Assembly: GCA_949514915.1 (NCBI GenBank)
Contig: CATFLP010000127.1
Span: 1 to 55,825 of the forward strand
DNA: 55,825 nt
Origin: Methanobacteriota archaeon
GTDB lineage: Archaea > Thermoplasmatota > Poseidoniia > Poseidoniales > Poseidoniaceae
Reading direction: 5' to 3'
The position numbers were made by a program, and so were the translations under genes. The first letter of the stretch is position 1; the number at the start of each line of letters is the position of its first letter. Shown here piece after piece: positions 38,422 through 47,938 of the stretch. The notes beneath the pieces were generated by a model. That model searched no databases, was not told the DNA's origin, and worked only from the letters and a program-made list of their open reading frames with translations.

Positions 38422-40221
38422 TTATTCTTCTTCTGATTTCAGATTAAATTGCTCTAAACCTGTTTGTCCAAGTGGCCTTAGTTTTTGTGAAATTGATAAA
38501 TTATTACTTATATCCCTCATTTCATTTTTTAATTTTTGATTATTTTTTCCAGAATCACTGATAGTATCTTTTTTGGAAATTTCTTTTAATCTTTCTTCTT
38601 CTAATTCTATGAATGATTGAACATCGTATTCATTTTCATGAATTGAAACTGTGAAATTATTTAATTTATTTATTGGGTTTTTATAATTAAATGAAAGATT
38701 GCGTTGATTTTTAACTCTATTTAGAATTCTGTGCATTCTAATTTCTTTAGCTACAGCAGCATGTCTTATGCCTTCATCTCTAGTATTCTTCGATATTAAA
38801 ATATATACATATCCATCTTTGTGTCTTCCAGTTCTTCCTCTTCTTTGAATTGTTCTAATCTCACTAGCTACTGGTTCATAGAATACTACTCTGTCTGCTG
38901 AAGGTATGTCAAGCCCCTCTTCTCCCACAGAAGTGGCAACTAATACATTTAATTCACCTTCTCTGAATTTATTCAATGTTGAAATTTGTTGTTTTTGAGT
39001 CATTCCTTCATCACCATCTCTTGATGATTGGCCAACAAATGGAATCGCATTTATTCCGTTAATGCCATTTAATGAAATTGAAATAGATTTTACAGAATCT
39101 CTTAATGAAGCAAAAACGATAATCCTGCTGTTAGGGTCTATCTCTATTTGCTCTTTTACTAATTGCTTTACTTTATCCATTTTGTTATGGATCTCTTTCA
39201 TGTTATATATTTCATTTTTTAAATCAATAAATTCTTTTTTTTGCACGAACCTGGATAGCTTTTTTTCTCCTTTTTGAAATTGAGACTCAGTTCTCCTCAT
39301 GTAATTACGTGTACTGATGATGCCTTGAGTCGAAATCAAATTTATTAATTGAAGAACACGAATCGCATCAACAATTATTTTTATTGAATTCCAACCATGT
39401 TGACTTTTACGCTCAATTAGGTAATTTGCTCGTTTCATGGCATCATTTAATCCAGTACGCGTAATAATTCCTTTATGTAAATAAACTCCAGTTCTTTGTA
39501 ATGTTTCTACCATGCCATCTAACCATTTTTTTAATGGCTCTACCATTTCCTGAATTTTTATTGGCAAATCAAGGTTAATTACATTGGATTCTAATTCTAT
39601 TGCGTATGGTTTGATTAATGGATTACTTCTTTGCATCGAAAAGATATTTTTTGAATCCAGCCTTTTTGTTAAATTTATTATTGATTTTTCAGTTGAACCT
39701 GGAGATGCTGTTGCCCCTAATAGTAATCCAGAGCTTGCATGTTCTAAGTATTGATCAGCAACCTCACCCATTGCATGTTTACCTGATGCATGGTGTGCTT
39801 CATCAATTACTAGTAGGCAATAATTTGAAAGGGAAAGAGAACCTCTTTTTACATCATTTCTAATAACTTGAGGAGTTGAAAGTACTAATTTTGCATTTTT
39901 TACAATTTCTTCCCTTTTTTTCCAATGAATTCCGCCATTTATCATCACTATTTCTTCAGACGGAATGTTTAGAAATTTTTCTGCATCAGAAAAATGTTGA
40001 GCCAATAGTGGATTTGTTGGTGCAATTAATAATGCTTTTTTTTCTGGATTTTGTAGTAATTTATCTGCAATTACCATGAATTCAATTGGTGTTTTACCCA
40101 TTGCAGTAGGCAATACTAGTAATGTTGACGAATTGAGTATAGAATTTAATGCTTTTAATTGATATGCTCTTGCTTCAACATAATTCGAAGAGAGATATGG
40201 ATGGTTAATTCTTGCACTCAC
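38422..40221 (-). CDS. hef: Hef/FANCM-like DEAH helicase (helicase module only)
   Basis: ARAYQ, LPTAMGKT, DEAHHA, TASPG, ATSVGEEGLDIP, QRRGRTGR. Confidence 0.9.
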   Translation of the reverse strand: MSARINHPYLSSNYVEARAYQLKALNSILNSSTLLVLPTAMGKTPIEFMVIADKLLQNPEKKALLIAPTNPLLAQHFSDAEKFLNIPSEEIVMINGGIHWKKREEIVKNAKLVLSTPQVIRNDVKRGSLSLSNYCLLVIDEAHHASGKHAMGEVADQYLEHASSGLLLGATASPGSTEKSIINLTKRLDSKNIFSMQRSNPLIKPYAIELESNVINLDLPIKIQEMVEPLKKWLDGMVETLQRTGVYLHKGIITRTGLNDAMKRANYLIERKSQHGWNSIKIIVDAIRVLQLINLISTQGIISTRNYMRRTESQFQKGEKKLSRFVQKKEFIDLKNEIYNMKEIHNKMDKVKQLVKEQIEIDPNSRIIVFASLRDSVKSISISLNGINGINAIPFVGQSSRDGDEGMTQKQQISTLNKFREGELNVLVATSVGEEGLDIPSADRVVFYEPVASEIRTIQRRGRTGRHKDGYVYILISKNTRDEGIRHAAVAKEIRMHRILNRVKNQRNLSFNYKNPINKLNNFTVSIHENEYDVQSFIELEEERLKEISKKDTISDSGKNNQKLKNEMRDISNNLSISQKLRPLGQTGLEQFNLKSEEE

Positions 40222-40302
40222 TGATGACCCTATGAATTATGGCTCAAAAGCATTTATCACAGACGAGTCACCCATTTTTAATTAATTTTTATTACCGAAC
40301 CA

Positions 40303-40329
40303 CTCATATACGGGAGGTTTGTCGGCCAC
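40303..40329 (+). promoter_or_regulatory. Promoter of the ribosomal superoperon: CTCATATAC-N9-GTCGGCCAC
   Basis: Same bipartite motif as upstream of rpl41e. Confidence 0.75.
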
Positions 40330-40330
40330 C

Positions 40331-40477
40331 TGCTTAAACAGTTGAGTAACCAGACACTTAGGGCAATCAAAACGACCCCTTAATGACTTTGAGCACACTT
40401 GTGGCTCTGGTCTGGTGTCACGGTTTCTCCTGTACTGTGAGGGCCCGTACTGAGTACGGAATTAGGAGGAATCCAGA
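40331..40477 (+). promoter_or_regulatory. Structured 5' leader of the rpl3 operon (candidate r-leader)
   Basis: GC-enriched region with several complementary stems, ending just before SD AGGAGG (40464-40469). Confidence 0.55.
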
Positions 40478-41494
40478 ATGGCGAAGAGAAGTCACCCACG
40501 TAGAGGAAGTATGGCATTTAGTCCGCGTAAGCGTGCTAATCGTCAGTTTGGTAGGGTTAAATCATGGAATGATGATGATTCTGGAGATATTAGAGTACAA
40601 GGTTTCGTTGGTTGGAAAGCTGGAATGACTCATGTTTTATTAAGAGATACAAACCCAAATTCTACAAGTGCTGGTCAGGAAGTCCGTAAACCAGCAACAG
40701 TAGTAGAGATTCCAGCTTTAAGGGTATTAGGAGTTAGAGGATATGGAGATAGTCCATATGGTTTACAATCATTAGGTGAAGTATGGTGGGATTGTGAAGA
40801 AATTAAAGAAACATTCCCAGAATTATTTAGAAGAGTTCCAGCAAGAAAGGAACATGATATAGAATCTCATAAAGAACAACTCAAAGGCGCAGATCTTTCT
40901 GAAATACGCCTAATTATAGCAACTAATCCTAAATCAATTTCAGCAACATCTAGTAAAACCCCTGAAATAATGGAAATGGGCTTATCTGGTGGAGATGTCA
41001 ATAGTCAATTAGATTGGTCCTTTGATAAAATAGGTACAGAATTAGAAATGAATTCTATTTTTGAAGTAGGTAAACAAATAGATGTAATTGGGATTACCAA
41101 AGGATATGGATGGCAAGGTGTTATCAGAAGATTTGGTGGAAAATTACAATCACATAAAAATTCAAAGAAAATAAGACAACATGGAAACATGGGTGATTTT
41201 GGAACAGGATATGTTAGAAAAACAATACGTCAAGGAGGACAAACAGGATATCATCAAAGAACTGAATTCAACAAGAGGATTCTAAAGATCTCACATCCTG
41301 ATGAAGATGAAATAACTCCTAGTGGAGGTTTCTTACATTATGGGGAAGTACGTAATTCATATGTATTGATTGAAGGGAGTATCCCAGGCCCTGCTAAAAG
41401 ATTAGTAAGGTTTAGGGATGCAGTTCGTCCTAGGAAAAAAGAATATCCAGTTGAAATTACTTACGTTTCAACAGCTAGTAAACAGGGGGCATGA
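40478..41494 (+). CDS. rpl3: 50S ribosomal protein uL3
   Basis: PRRGSMAFSPRKRA, GWKAGMTH, GQTGYHQRTEFNKRI. Confidence 0.97.
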   Translation: MAKRSHPRRGSMAFSPRKRANRQFGRVKSWNDDDSGDIRVQGFVGWKAGMTHVLLRDTNPNSTSAGQEVRKPATVVEIPALRVLGVRGYGDSPYGLQSLGEVWWDCEEIKETFPELFRRVPARKEHDIESHKEQLKGADLSEIRLIIATNPKSISATSSKTPEIMEMGLSGGDVNSQLDWSFDKIGTELEMNSIFEVGKQIDVIGITKGYGWQGVIRRFGGKLQSHKNSKKIRQHGNMGDFGTGYVRKTIRQGGQTGYHQRTEFNKRILKISHPDEDEITPSGGFLHYGEVRNSYVLIEGSIPGPAKRLVRFRDAVRPRKKEYPVEITYVSTASKQGA

Positions 41495-42384
41495 TTTTGA
41501 AAACCACAGTAACCAATATTGTAACAATTGTTACTGAAGATGAGATGGATGCTGGAAAACTTCAAGAGCAATTTGAAGTAAGTACTGAGGAAGGTAAAAA
41601 ATTAAGTTTGCCAGATTCATTTGAAACATCATTTAGGCCAGGATTAATTCGCAGGGCAGTTCATTCATCAAGGGCAAATCGTCGTCAAGCATATGGAAGT
41701 CGGGCACATGTTGGAAAGAGATCACCAATGTCTGGAATGAAATTCTCAGTAGAATGGTGGGGAAAAGGTCGTGGTGTTTCTAGAATTATGCGTAAAACAG
41801 GTCAGAAAACAGGAGCACAAAACCCACATACAAGACAGGGAAGAAGAGCACATGGTCCTAAAGTAGAAAAAGATTGGACACAAAAATTAAATTCAAAAGA
41901 AAAGATACTTGCTAGAAATAGTGCACTTGCTGCAACAATATCATCCGATTTAGTTTCGTCAAGAGGTCATAAATTCGATAGTGATTTGAAATTACCTTTG
42001 GTTTTAGGTTCTTACACAGAAGTAAGAGACGACGGAAAAACAACAGTTGACATTGAAGACATGTCTTTGAAATGTGCTACAAGAAAAGTACATGCTATAT
42101 TTTCTGAATTAGGCTTAGGTGCAGATTTAGATAGAGCTAAACATGGGCGCAAAGTTCGTGCTGGTAAAGGTAAAATGCGTGGAAGAAGATATAGAACTCC
42201 GAAAAGTTTGCTTTTAGTTGTAAGCAATAAAGGTAATTTAGCAAAGGCAGTAAGAAATTTACCTGGTGTTGATGTTGTCTCTGCAAGTGATCTATCTGCA
42301 GAACATCTTGCACCTGGAGGGGATGCTGGAAGATTAACAATATTTACTCAAAAATCAATAGAATCAATGGGGGTGAGTAATTGA
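41491..42384 (+). CDS. rpl4: 50S ribosomal protein uL4
   Basis: WGKGRGVSRI, GRRAHGPK, RAGKGKMRGRRY, LAPGG. Confidence 0.96.
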   Translation: MILKTTVTNIVTIVTEDEMDAGKLQEQFEVSTEEGKKLSLPDSFETSFRPGLIRRAVHSSRANRRQAYGSRAHVGKRSPMSGMKFSVEWWGKGRGVSRIMRKTGQKTGAQNPHTRQGRRAHGPKVEKDWTQKLNSKEKILARNSALAATISSDLVSSRGHKFDSDLKLPLVLGSYTEVRDDGKTTVDIEDMSLKCATRKVHAIFSELGLGADLDRAKHGRKVRAGKGKMRGRRYRTPKSLLLVVSNKGNLAKAVRNLPGVDVVSASDLSAEHLAPGGDAGRLTIFTQKSIESMGVSN

Positions 42385-42653
42385 ACCCTTACGATATAAT
42401 TCTGAAACCATGGATTACAGAGAAAAGCATGGAGAATCGTTTAAACGAGCCAGGCAGGTCAATTAATAGATTAGAGTTTATTGTAGTTAGGACTGCTACA
42501 AAAGACGTTGTTAAAAAAGCAGTTGAACAATTATTCGATGTCAAAGTAGAGCGAGTAAATACAAGAATTACTAAGGCAGGTAAACATGCTAGTGTTAAAT
42601 TAGCTGAAGGGTATGATGCAGAAGAAACATCACTCAAATTAGGAGCATTCTGA
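42381..42653 (+). CDS. rpl23: 50S ribosomal protein uL23
   Basis: PWITEKS, KKAVEQLFDVKVERVNT and operon position. Confidence 0.95.
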   Translation: MNPYDIILKPWITEKSMENRLNEPGRSINRLEFIVVRTATKDVVKKAVEQLFDVKVERVNTRITKAGKHASVKLAEGYDAEETSLKLGAF

Positions 42654-42663
42654 GGTAGATATT

Positions 42664-43383
42664 ATGGGTAAGAGAACACGATCACAAAGAAAAGGGTCAA
42701 GTCCTAAATACAGAGTTAGTAGTCATAGGTTCCCTGGTGCAAATAGACTTCCTTCAGTAAAGGATGAAGTTGTTGAAGTAACAGAATTGATTCATAGTCC
42801 GATTCACACTGCGCCATTGGTTAAATTAAAATCCAAAGATGGCAAAGAAACATTAGTAGTTGCTACAGATGGAATTTCTATTGGCCAAAAAGTAGCTGTT
42901 GGAGATAATATCACCTTAAAGCCTGGAAATATAACCTCACTGAATAACATTCCAGAAGGTACATTAGTAAATAATGTTGAATTAAGACCAGGAGATGGAG
43001 GTAAAATAGCAAGAACTGCAGGTAATTCTGCACTTGTAGAAACACATCTTGAAGGAAAAGTAAGGATTAAACTTCCTAGTGGGAAATCAAAAGATTTACA
43101 TTCATCTTGCAGAGCAACAATTGGAGTATTAGGCGGTCATGGAAGAAGTGAGATGCCATTAAGAACTGCAGGAGCAGCACATTACCGTGCTAAGGCAAAA
43201 GGTAAAGCTTACCCAACAGTAAGTGGAGTAAAAATGAATCCTGTAGATCACCCCCATGGTGGTGGAAATCATCAGGCGGTTCATGGGCCAAATTCCGTTG
43301 CTAGAGGCGCACCCCCAGGTTCAAAAGTAGGTCATATAGCACCTAGTAGAACAGGTAGAGGAAGAGGTAAAAGGAAAAAATGA
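42664..43383 (+). CDS. rpl2: 50S ribosomal protein uL2
   Basis: PGDGGKIARTAG, MNPVDHPHGGG. Confidence 0.97.
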   Translation: MGKRTRSQRKGSSPKYRVSSHRFPGANRLPSVKDEVVEVTELIHSPIHTAPLVKLKSKDGKETLVVATDGISIGQKVAVGDNITLKPGNITSLNNIPEGTLVNNVELRPGDGGKIARTAGNSALVETHLEGKVRIKLPSGKSKDLHSSCRATIGVLGGHGRSEMPLRTAGAAHYRAKAKGKAYPTVSGVKMNPVDHPHGGGNHQAVHGPNSVARGAPPGSKVGHIAPSRTGRGRGKRKK

Positions 43384-43394
43384 GGTGATTCAAA

Positions 43395-43898
43395 ATGGCT
43401 AAGAGAAAGAAACGGTTCATGACCCCAAAAGCAGCGAGAAGAAGAACTCGTAAGTTAAAGAGTCAAATAGCGGAAAGAAGGAAGAAGGAATTCACTTATC
43501 GAGGATTAACCTTAGATGAATTACAAGCATTGCCTTTATTTCCTCCTGAATCAGACCCAGATGCAGATTGTATGCTAAAATATCTGCCATCTAGGGCTAG
43601 ACGTAGCCTTTCAAGAATGAATGACGATGATTATGCAGAAATGAATCAAAAATTCTTGAAAAGAGTAGAAAAAACAGAAGGTACAATAAGAACTCATAGA
43701 AGAGATATGGTAGTATTGCCTACATTTGTAGGTAAAACAATTGCTATTCACAATGGCAGTGGTTTCCTTCCTATAGAAATTAAACCAGAAATGATTGGAC
43801 ATTATTTTGGAGAATTTGCAATGACTAGAAAATCAGTAACACATAGTGGACCTGGTGTAGGTGCTACAAAATCGTCTAAACACGTTGCGTTAAAATGA
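43395..43898 (+). CDS. rps19: 30S ribosomal protein uS19
   Basis: [25 protein letters not shown]. Confidence 0.96.
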   Translation: MAKRKKRFMTPKAARRRTRKLKSQIAERRKKEFTYRGLTLDELQALPLFPPESDPDADCMLKYLPSRARRSLSRMNDDDYAEMNQKFLKRVEKTEGTIRTHRRDMVVLPTFVGKTIAIHNGSGFLPIEIKPEMIGHYFGEFAMTRKSVTHSGPGVGATKSSKHVALK

Positions 43899-43908
43899 GG
43901 TGAGAATA

Positions 43909-44547
43909 ATGAGCAGAGATAGATCAAAACCGCAAAAAGGATACACCCAATCATTGGACAGGGGTACTAGACTTGCATCTGCTAGAGCAAAAAACGTGGA
44001 CGTACATTCAAAGCATTGTTTTGAAATTGCTAGAGAATTAAGACCAAAAGGCAAAGGAGAAAATATGAGATTTACTAGTGTTTCAGAAGCAATTAGTAAA
44101 TTGGAAAAAGTACTTTTGATTGAAGGATGGATTCCTCATCCTGAAACACCAGGTGGGTTTAAGAGAGTAAATAATCAAAGACTTAAGAAACAAGCAAAAG
44201 CAATTCCTTTCCGTAAAGGTAGCGGTAACAAACTAAGGAAAAGAAACGGACCTGGTAAAGTAGGGCATCGTAAAGGAGGAATTGGTCCAGGAAGATATCC
44301 AGTTAAAGCAGCAATGCAATTCATAAAATTAATCAATAGTGCAGCTGAAAATGCTAGGCATCGATATGATGATATTGATGCAAATGATATGTTCATTACG
44401 CATTGTGCGGCACATAGAGGGATGATAAAAAGAGGATGGATCCCAAGAGCTCAGGGGAGAGCAACTCCTAAAAATCACCACCAAGTAAATCTTGAAATAT
44501 TTATTGAAGACTTTAGTGGTGACGAAATGGATGAGGACGAATTTTGA
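43909..44547 (+). CDS. rpl22: 50S ribosomal protein uL22
   Basis: [26 protein letters not shown] supports ATG 43909. Confidence 0.95.
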   Translation: MSRDRSKPQKGYTQSLDRGTRLASARAKNVDVHSKHCFEIARELRPKGKGENMRFTSVSEAISKLEKVLLIEGWIPHPETPGGFKRVNNQRLKKQAKAIPFRKGSGNKLRKRNGPGKVGHRKGGIGPGRYPVKAAMQFIKLINSAAENARHRYDDIDANDMFITHCAAHRGMIKRGWIPRAQGRATPKNHHQVNLEIFIEDFSGDEMDEDEF

Positions 44548-44557
44548 GGTGTTTTGA

Positions 44558-45319
44558 ATGGCAGGTCAACAAAGTATGGTAAGAAAAATAATCAATAGAA
44601 ATATTGAGAGGCACTTAGTCAAAGAATATTTAATGAGTGAAACAAAGAAATCTGGTTTTGGAGGGCTTAATATTCAAAGAACACCACAAGGAACAATGGT
44701 TACTTTGAAAGCAGAAAGGCCAGGAATGGTAATTGGAAGAAGAGGGAAGTTAATTAATGAATTAACTAGACAATTAGATTCAAGATTTAATCTAGAAAAT
44801 CCTAAATTAGAAGTTGATGATGTGGAAGAACCTAGATTAAATGCACAAATAATGGCTGATAAACTTGCAGGAGCTCTTGAAAGAGGTTGGTATTTCAGAA
44901 GGGCTGGCCATAGTACAGTCATGAGTATTATGGAAGCAGGTGCTAAAGGAGTAATTGTAATACTAAATGGAAAGATTACTGGTGCAAGGCACAGAACACA
45001 AAAATTTATCGCAGGGCACGTAAAATATTGTGGAGAGCCTGCATTAACTCTTATGGAAAGAGGATATGGTGTAGCAATCAAGAAATTAGGTACAATAGGT
45101 TGTACAGTTGCTATTATGATGCCAAATACAAGACTTCCTCATGAAGTAACAATCCTTCCAAAGGGATCTGTTGAGGATAATGAAGAAGTAGTAATTATCG
45201 AAGAAGAAATAGTCGAAGAAGCAACTGAAGAAGTTGTTGAAGAAGCAACTGAAGAAGTTGTTGAAGAAGCAACTGAAGAAGTTGTTGAAGAAAAAAATGA
45301 TGAGGTGGTTGAAGAATGA
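44558..45319 (+). CDS. rps3: 30S ribosomal protein uS3 with acidic repeat tail
   Basis: ERPGMVIGRRG, LERGWYFRRAG. Confidence 0.97.
   Translation: MAGQQSMVRKIINRNIERHLVKEYLMSETKKSGFGGLNIQRTPQGTMVTLKAERPGMVIGRRGKLINELTRQLDSRFNLENPKLEVDDVEEPRLNAQIMADKLAGALERGWYFRRAGHSTVMSIMEAGAKGVIVILNGKITGARHRTQKFIAGHVKYCGEPALTLMERGYGVAIKKLGTIGCTVAIMMPNTRLPHEVTILPKGSVEDNEEVVIIEEEIVEEATEEVVEEATEEVVEEATEEVVEEKNDEVVEE
45215..45292 (+). repeat. 24-bp coding tandem repeat GAAGAAGCAACTGAAGAAGTTGTT x3 (EEATEEVV)
   Basis: Three exact copies in the uS3 tail. Confidence 0.93.
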
Positions 45320-45519
45320 CACATTTACATCAAAGAGATATAGATTCAATGAGTGACGAAGCGAGAGTTTCAAGATTGAAAGAATTGCAAGAAGAATTAT
45401 TGCAATTAAGAGCTGAATTATCACTTGGAGGAAGGCCATCTAACATGGGTGCTTTTCGAACTACAAGGCGTAGCATTGCACGTCTAAAGACAAAAATGCA
45501 AGAAAGTCAAAAGGAGTAG
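45316..45519 (+). CDS. rpl29: 50S ribosomal protein uL29
   Basis: LKELQEELLQLR...RRSIARLKT and operon position. Confidence 0.93.
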   Translation: MTHLHQRDIDSMSDEARVSRLKELQEELLQLRAELSLGGRPSNMGAFRTTRRSIARLKTKMQESQKE

Positions 45520-45525
45520 AATTTA

Positions 45526-45825
45526 ATGGTAGATATTGATCCAATTACAGGATTACCTAAGGATTTATTAGATTTTGAGGAAATAGCAAAAGAAAATCAA
45601 AAAGTTATAATTTCAACAGTTAGAAGGAGATATGGTAAAATGGTTACAATTGTTGATGGAATCGATGATAAATCGATTGATATTGAAAAATTAGCCAAGA
45701 CTCTGAAGGGTAAATGTGCTGCAGGTGGAACAATTAAGGGAAGGGCAATAGAACTTCAAGGAGAACATAAGAAAAAAGCAGCTCAGGTTTTAGAAGCCAA
45801 TGGGTATGTAGTGGAGGTAATCTGA
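45526..45825 (+). CDS. sui1: Translation initiation factor aIF1/Sui1
   Basis: RRYGKMVT, LKGKCAAGGT, IELQGEH. Confidence 0.95.
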   Translation: MVDIDPITGLPKDLLDFEEIAKENQKVIISTVRRRYGKMVTIVDGIDDKSIDIEKLAKTLKGKCAAGGTIKGRAIELQGEHKKKAAQVLEANGYVVEVI

Positions 45826-46082
45826 TGAGTTCAATATTGCATATGCCTTGGATAGGTCGTGATTTGGAAGTAATAAAATCTTTTGATCCAACTTATCATG
45901 GACGTAGAGGAATGATTGTTGAAGAAACTCAAAGAACATTGATTATTAGTGAAGAAGGAAGAAATATTTGTCTTCCTAAACAAGAAATAGATTTCAAGAT
46001 AATTGGTGAAGAAATTGTAATTAAAGGTAGTTTTGTATTGCAAAGATCAGAAGACAGAGTACATAGAAAATATAGGGGATAA
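45825..46082 (+). CDS. rnp1: RNase P protein subunit Rpp29
   Basis: IGRDLEVIKS..GRRGMIVEETQRTL and the conserved position between sui1 and rps17. Confidence 0.85.
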   Translation: MSSILHMPWIGRDLEVIKSFDPTYHGRRGMIVEETQRTLIISEEGRNICLPKQEIDFKIIGEEIVIKGSFVLQRSEDRVHRKYRG

Positions 46083-46086
46083 ATAA

Positions 46087-46419
46087 ATGCGAGATATTGG
46101 AATTGATGTAAAGATGCCCAGTGGAGAGTGGGATGGGGATGCAAATTGTCCTTTTAATGGGTCACTTAGACTTAGAGGTCAATTATTTGAAGGAGTAGTT
46201 TCAAGTGTTGGCATGTCTAAATCAATAGTAGTTGAATTACAAAAAGTGAGATACATGCCTAAATATGAACGGTATGAGAAAAGAACTAGCAAGATACCAG
46301 CTCATCTTCCAAGTTGTATTGGAGATTTAGAAGTTGGAGATAGAGTAAAAATCATGGAATGTAGGCCGATTTCAAAAACAGTATCATTTTGTGTCGTAGA
46401 AGGAGGGGATTCAAAATGA
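46087..46419 (+). CDS. rps17: 30S ribosomal protein uS17
   Basis: CPFNGSL, PKYERYEKR, ECRPISKT. Confidence 0.96.
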   Translation: MRDIGIDVKMPSGEWDGDANCPFNGSLRLRGQLFEGVVSSVGMSKSIVVELQKVRYMPKYERYEKRTSKIPAHLPSCIGDLEVGDRVKIMECRPISKTVSFCVVEGGDSK

Positions 46420-46814
46420 AAGGAATTTCTGGAAGTGTTACAAGAGGATTGCCTACCAAAGCGAAATTAACTTGTGCAGATAACACTGGTGCTAAGATTA
46501 TTGAATTAATTTCAGTTTTAAAAATAGGTAGCACCATGAGAAGATATCCTGCAGGAGGAGTTGGTGATTTAATCAAAGTTAGTGTCAAAAAAGGAACACC
46601 AGAAACACGTAGGCAAATCTATACAGCAGTAATCATTCGTCAAAAGAGACCATTTCTTAGAACAGATGGTACTTGGGTTCAATTTTCTGATAATGCGGCT
46701 GTTTTAACAAATGAACGTGGAGAAGTACAAGGTTCGGATATCAAAGGCCCTGTTTCTAGAGAAGCAGCAGAACGTTGGCCAAGAATTGCTGCTACGGCCA
46801 AGCAAATAGTATGA
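46416..46814 (+). CDS. rpl14: 50S ribosomal protein uL14
   Basis: CADNTGAK, FSDNAAV, KGPVSREAAERW. ATG 46416 overlaps the rps17 stop. Confidence 0.97.
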   Translation: MKGISGSVTRGLPTKAKLTCADNTGAKIIELISVLKIGSTMRRYPAGGVGDLIKVSVKKGTPETRRQIYTAVIIRQKRPFLRTDGTWVQFSDNAAVLTNERGEVQGSDIKGPVSREAAERWPRIAATAKQIV

Positions 46815-46826
46815 GGTGACATAAAA

Positions 46827-47231
46827 ATGGTAAGAAGTAGTAAACCTGGTAAACAAAGAAAGGCATTAGCTAATGCTTCTAAGCAAAGCAAACGTAGAAC
46901 TTTAAGGGCACGTTTGGCAACAAGTGATCCTAGATTTGCAGGAATACGTTCAGTTACTGTTAGAGTTGGAGATACTGTTGAAGTTCAACGAGGAGATTTT
47001 GGACATCCCTCAAAAGGTAAGAGGCTTGGAGATTCTAGAGGAAGAGCAGGCGTTAAAGCTAAAGTTGTAGGGATTGATTCATCTAATGGAAAAATAATGA
47101 TTGAAGGAATAACTAGTTCTAAATCAGATGATAAAGAAGAAGGTCTCCCAATACATGTTTCAAATGTAGTAGTTACTACACTTGAAGAAAGTGATCCTTT
47201 AAGAATGAAAAAAATAATGGAGAAGAGTTGA
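46827..47231 (+). CDS. rpl24: 50S ribosomal protein uL24
   Basis: SSKPGKQRK, VRVGDTVEVQRGDF, PIHVSNV. Confidence 0.95.
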   Translation: MVRSSKPGKQRKALANASKQSKRRTLRARLATSDPRFAGIRSVTVRVGDTVEVQRGDFGHPSKGKRLGDSRGRAGVKAKVVGIDSSNGKIMIEGITSSKSDDKEEGLPIHVSNVVVTTLEESDPLRMKKIMEKS

Positions 47232-47235
47232 TTTT

Positions 47236-47937
47236 ATGGGTTCAAGTCATCATTTAAAGCGTTTAGCAATGCCAAGAAGTTGGCCATTGCCAAGAAAGAC
47301 TACTGTGTGGATTGCAAGACCTCGTCCAGGTGCTCATTCACTTGAAAGATGTATTGCACTTTCAGTTGTAATGAGAGACATTTTAGAAGTTGCAGATACA
47401 AGTAGAGAAACAAGAAGAATCATACATAATGGACATGTAATGATTGATGGTAGAATTGTTAAGGATTCACGCCAAGGTGTAGGGTTAATGGATGTATTAA
47501 CACTGGGAGATCAAAATTTTAGATGCGTTCTTGATGGAAATGGAAAATTAAGATACAGGCCAATTAGTAAAAAGGATGCAACTTGGAAGATATGCAAAAT
47601 TGAGAATAAGACTACAATTAAGGGAGGAATGACTCAATTGAATTTACATGATGGTAGGAACCTTTTGGTTAAAGATGCTAACAAATACAATACTGGAGAT
47701 ACTTTGAAACTTAATTTACCTGATCAAAAGGTGTTAGAGCATATACCTTTCGTAGAAGGAGCGGCTGCTTATCTAATAGGAGGTAGCCATGTAGGGGAAC
47801 TATCACACATAAAACAACATGTTGTAAAACGTTCAACTATGTCAAATGAAGTTGTTTTTGAAAACTTCAGTACTATCGAAGGATATGTCTTTTTGGTTAA
47901 TAAAAAGACACAATTGCCAGGAATTGAGGTGAAATAA
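47236..47937 (+). CDS. rps4e: 30S ribosomal protein eS4
   Basis: HLKRLAMPRSW, QLNLHDGRN, IGGSHVG. Confidence 0.96.
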   Translation: MGSSHHLKRLAMPRSWPLPRKTTVWIARPRPGAHSLERCIALSVVMRDILEVADTSRETRRIIHNGHVMIDGRIVKDSRQGVGLMDVLTLGDQNFRCVLDGNGKLRYRPISKKDATWKICKIENKTTIKGGMTQLNLHDGRNLLVKDANKYNTGDTLKLNLPDQKVLEHIPFVEGAAAYLIGGSHVGELSHIKQHVVKRSTMSNEVVFENFSTIEGYVFLVNKKTQLPGIEVK

Positions 47938-47938
47938 A

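Noticed and set aside
40383-40628. 81-aa ORF as a leader peptide of the rpl3 operon
   Set aside because: It overlaps rpl3 out of frame, has no SD and no recognisable features. The region is better explained as a structured UTR.
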